From a virus (Duplodnaviria > Caudoviricetes), in IMG/VR virus record IMGVR_UViG_3300011339_000251, positions 1-35,233 of that record: a DNA stretch of 35,233 nucleotides. The stretch is one strand, 5' to 3'. Position numbers and translations under genes: made by a program. Shown here in pieces: positions 33,137 to 35,233 of the stretch (its first letter is position 1; the number at the start of each line of letters is the position of its first letter). The notes under the pieces are model-generated. The model was given only the letters and a program-made list of their open reading frames with translations. It ran no database searches and was not told where the DNA came from.

Positions 33137-34177
33137 ATGGAAAACGAAGTTGTCGCACCCGACACGCCCGAAGTACCAGCACCCGAAGCCCCTGCGGTTT
33201 CTACACCGCCAGTAGAACCACAAAGCCGCGCCGATACGATCCGTGAGGCATTGGCAAAAGACCCGTCTAACCGAGGCAAATCAAGCCAACCCCGTGAACA
33301 GGGTAAATTTGCATCAAAATTCCCAACCGACCAATCCCAAGCGCCCAATACGCCCGAAAAACCTCGGGTGGATATGCCCAAATCCTTGCGTTTGGAACTA
33401 AAAGACCATTGGGAAAAAGCCCCGCCGGAACTTCAGCAAGCTTTTGCCCAACGGGATGCCGATTACGAAAAAGGTATTACTGGATACAAAACGCGGGATG
33501 CCGAAGCACGGGCAATTACCGAGCAATTTGCCCCTTATGAGTGGATTTTGCGTAATGAGGGATCGACCCCAGCGCAGGCAATTGCGCCTTTGTTGCAAAC
33601 CGCCGCCTTGTTGCGGACGGGCACACCGGCACAAAAAAGCCAAGCCGTTGCCCACATGATCCAGCAATTCCAAATTCCTTTGGATCAAATTTCTGCCCAT
33701 TTTGGCGGTAATGCGCCGGTTCAGCAAGATTCGCATTACAATGAATTAGCGCAACAGGTGCAGCAGTTAACGCAACACATAACGCAGCAGCAGTACCAAG
33801 CGCAGAAATCGAACGAAAACAGGGCACTCTCTGTTATCCAGCAATTTGCAGGCGACCCCGCAAATATGCACTTTGAGGCAGTCTCCGACCGGATGTTGCA
33901 GCTTCTCCAAGCGCCACAGGTTTTAGGTGACACAAGTCAAATGTCCGAACGCGAGAAATTGCAATTGGCGTATGACACGGCAGTTAGGCTTGATCCGCAA
34001 TTAGCGCAAAGTTTGTATGCTCAACAGCAACAACAAGCGCAAGCGTCAGCCCAAGTGCAAAGAGCGAGAACAGCAGCGGTAAGCGTGCGCGGCGCACCTG
34101 GTGGCAGCGTAAACCCCGCTATTAATCAACACGACCGACGAGCCGTTATAGCCAATGCGCTACGGTCAATCGGTTAA
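33137..34177 (+). CDS. Capsid scaffolding protein
   Basis: Acidic/Pro-rich N-terminus, R.QGKF, Gln-rich helices, L..AYD.AV, directly before the major capsid gene. Confidence 0.75.
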   Translation: MENEVVAPDTPEVPAPEAPAVSTPPVEPQSRADTIREALAKDPSNRGKSSQPREQGKFASKFPTDQSQAPNTPEKPRVDMPKSLRLELKDHWEKAPPELQQAFAQRDADYEKGITGYKTRDAEARAITEQFAPYEWILRNEGSTPAQAIAPLLQTAALLRTGTPAQKSQAVAHMIQQFQIPLDQISAHFGGNAPVQQDSHYNELAQQVQQLTQHITQQQYQAQKSNENRALSVIQQFAGDPANMHFEAVSDRMLQLLQAPQVLGDTSQMSEREKLQLAYDTAVRLDPQLAQSLYAQQQQQAQASAQVQRARTAAVSVRGAPGGSVNPAINQHDRRAVIANALRSIG

Positions 34178-34190
34178 ATAGGAGTTAGTC

Positions 34191-35171
34191 ATGGCATACG
34201 CAAATGCAAACTACTCAGACGTTTTGGCAACGACCATTGAATCGCGTTCCGGCACAGTCGCCGATAACGTGACCAAAAACAATGCTTTGCTAACCCGTTT
34301 GCGTGAAAAAGGACGGTACAAGCCGTTCACCGGCGGTTCGACCATTCTTCAAGAATTGTCCTTCCAAGCCAACTCAACCGCAATGTACTACTCGGGCGCT
34401 GAAGTCTTGGACATCAGCCCTGCGGACGTTATCAGCGCGGCTCAGTTTCCAATCAAGCAGGCCGCCGTCGCGGTAACCATTAATGGCTTGGAAATGCTCC
34501 AAAACAGCGGCGAAGAACAGATCATTGATTTGTTTGACGCACGTTTGGACGTTGCCGAGGCATCAATTGAGAACTTGATCAGCACCGGTATTTATTCGGA
34601 CGGTACGGCTAACAACGGCAAGCAAATCACTGGTTTGCAAGCTATGGTTGTCGCATCACCCGCTACCGGCGTAGTTGGCGGTATTGACCGCGCTACTTGG
34701 TCTTTTTGGCGCAATCAAACGTTTGACTTTTCAACCGACCTCGGCGCATCCGCATCGTCTTCCAACATCCAAACCGGTTTTAACCGCTTGTATGCCAAGA
34801 CCTCTCGCGGTAGCGATGTTGTTGACTTGATTTTGTTGGATAACAACTTGTGGGGCTTCTTCATGTCGTCTCTGCAAAACATTCAGCGTTTCCCTGGCTC
34901 TAGCAAAATGGCCGAACTCGGCTTTGTTGCAAGCAAGTACATGAACGCTGACGTAGTGTTGGATGGTGGTATTGGCGGCAATATCCCCGCCTCGACTGGC
35001 TATTTCTTGAATAGCAAGTACATCTTCTTCCGACCACACGCAAACCGCAACTTCGTCCCAATCGGCGATGAGCGTATGAGTACCAACCAAGATGCCATCG
35101 TGCGCTTGATTGGATGGGCTGGAAATATGACTGCCTCGGGACTTCAGTTCCAAGGCGTTATGACTGAATAA
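34191..35171 (+). CDS. Major capsid protein
   Basis: 326 aa after scaffold, strong RBS AGGAG; ADNV...NALL..L, Y.DGT, ITGL, GGIDR..W.FWRN motifs. Confidence 0.9.
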   Translation: MAYANANYSDVLATTIESRSGTVADNVTKNNALLTRLREKGRYKPFTGGSTILQELSFQANSTAMYYSGAEVLDISPADVISAAQFPIKQAAVAVTINGLEMLQNSGEEQIIDLFDARLDVAEASIENLISTGIYSDGTANNGKQITGLQAMVVASPATGVVGGIDRATWSFWRNQTFDFSTDLGASASSSNIQTGFNRLYAKTSRGSDVVDLILLDNNLWGFFMSSLQNIQRFPGSSKMAELGFVASKYMNADVVLDGGIGGNIPASTGYFLNSKYIFFRPHANRNFVPIGDERMSTNQDAIVRLIGWAGNMTASGLQFQGVMTE

Positions 35172-35233
35172 GGAGAAAATCATGCCTGATTACGTCACCG
35201 ATGGAAAAATTGGTATTGACCTAACCGCAACCT
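35012..35233. repeat. Terminal direct repeat (copy 2)
   Basis: Matches 1-222 with one mismatch. Confidence 0.97.

Noticed and set aside
171-35171. Alternative genetic code or stop-codon reassignment
   Set aside because: Genes tile the genome densely under the standard code, and TAA, TAG and TGA all end well-supported genes

Overview
The window is an apparently complete, circularly permuted ~35,011-bp genome of a short-tailed (podovirus-like, P22/BPP-1-type morphogenesis) dsDNA phage; bases 1-222 repeat at 35012-35233. One long + strand arm runs from a Cro-like gene (19024) through a DNA methyltransferase, DUF1376 replication initiator, nin-like genes, a ferritin-like gene, a glycosyltransferase, terminases, portal, Gly-rich fibre genes, scaffold and major capsid. 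It wraps round to a capsid decoration gene, a modification-enzyme cassette, tail tube and ejection proteins, tail fibre and lysis genes (to 15342). A short - strand early arm (15311-18860) carries ERF recombinase and small ORFs. I found no integrase, CI repressor, tRNA, CRISPR array or polymerase. Most notable: (1) a candidate virion-glycosylation system of two DUF115/Maf-like domains, a GT-B glycosyltransferase and a SAM methyltransferase placed between the capsid and neck genes, plus a GT-A enzyme next to the terminase; (2) an endonuclease VII-type homing endonuclease insertion flanked by two synonymous copies of its target gene's last codons, with inverted repeats and an RBS-sequestering hairpin; (3) two structured intergenic RNA candidates, one with a pseudoknot. 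All protein calls come from motif recognition and gene order, not database searches.
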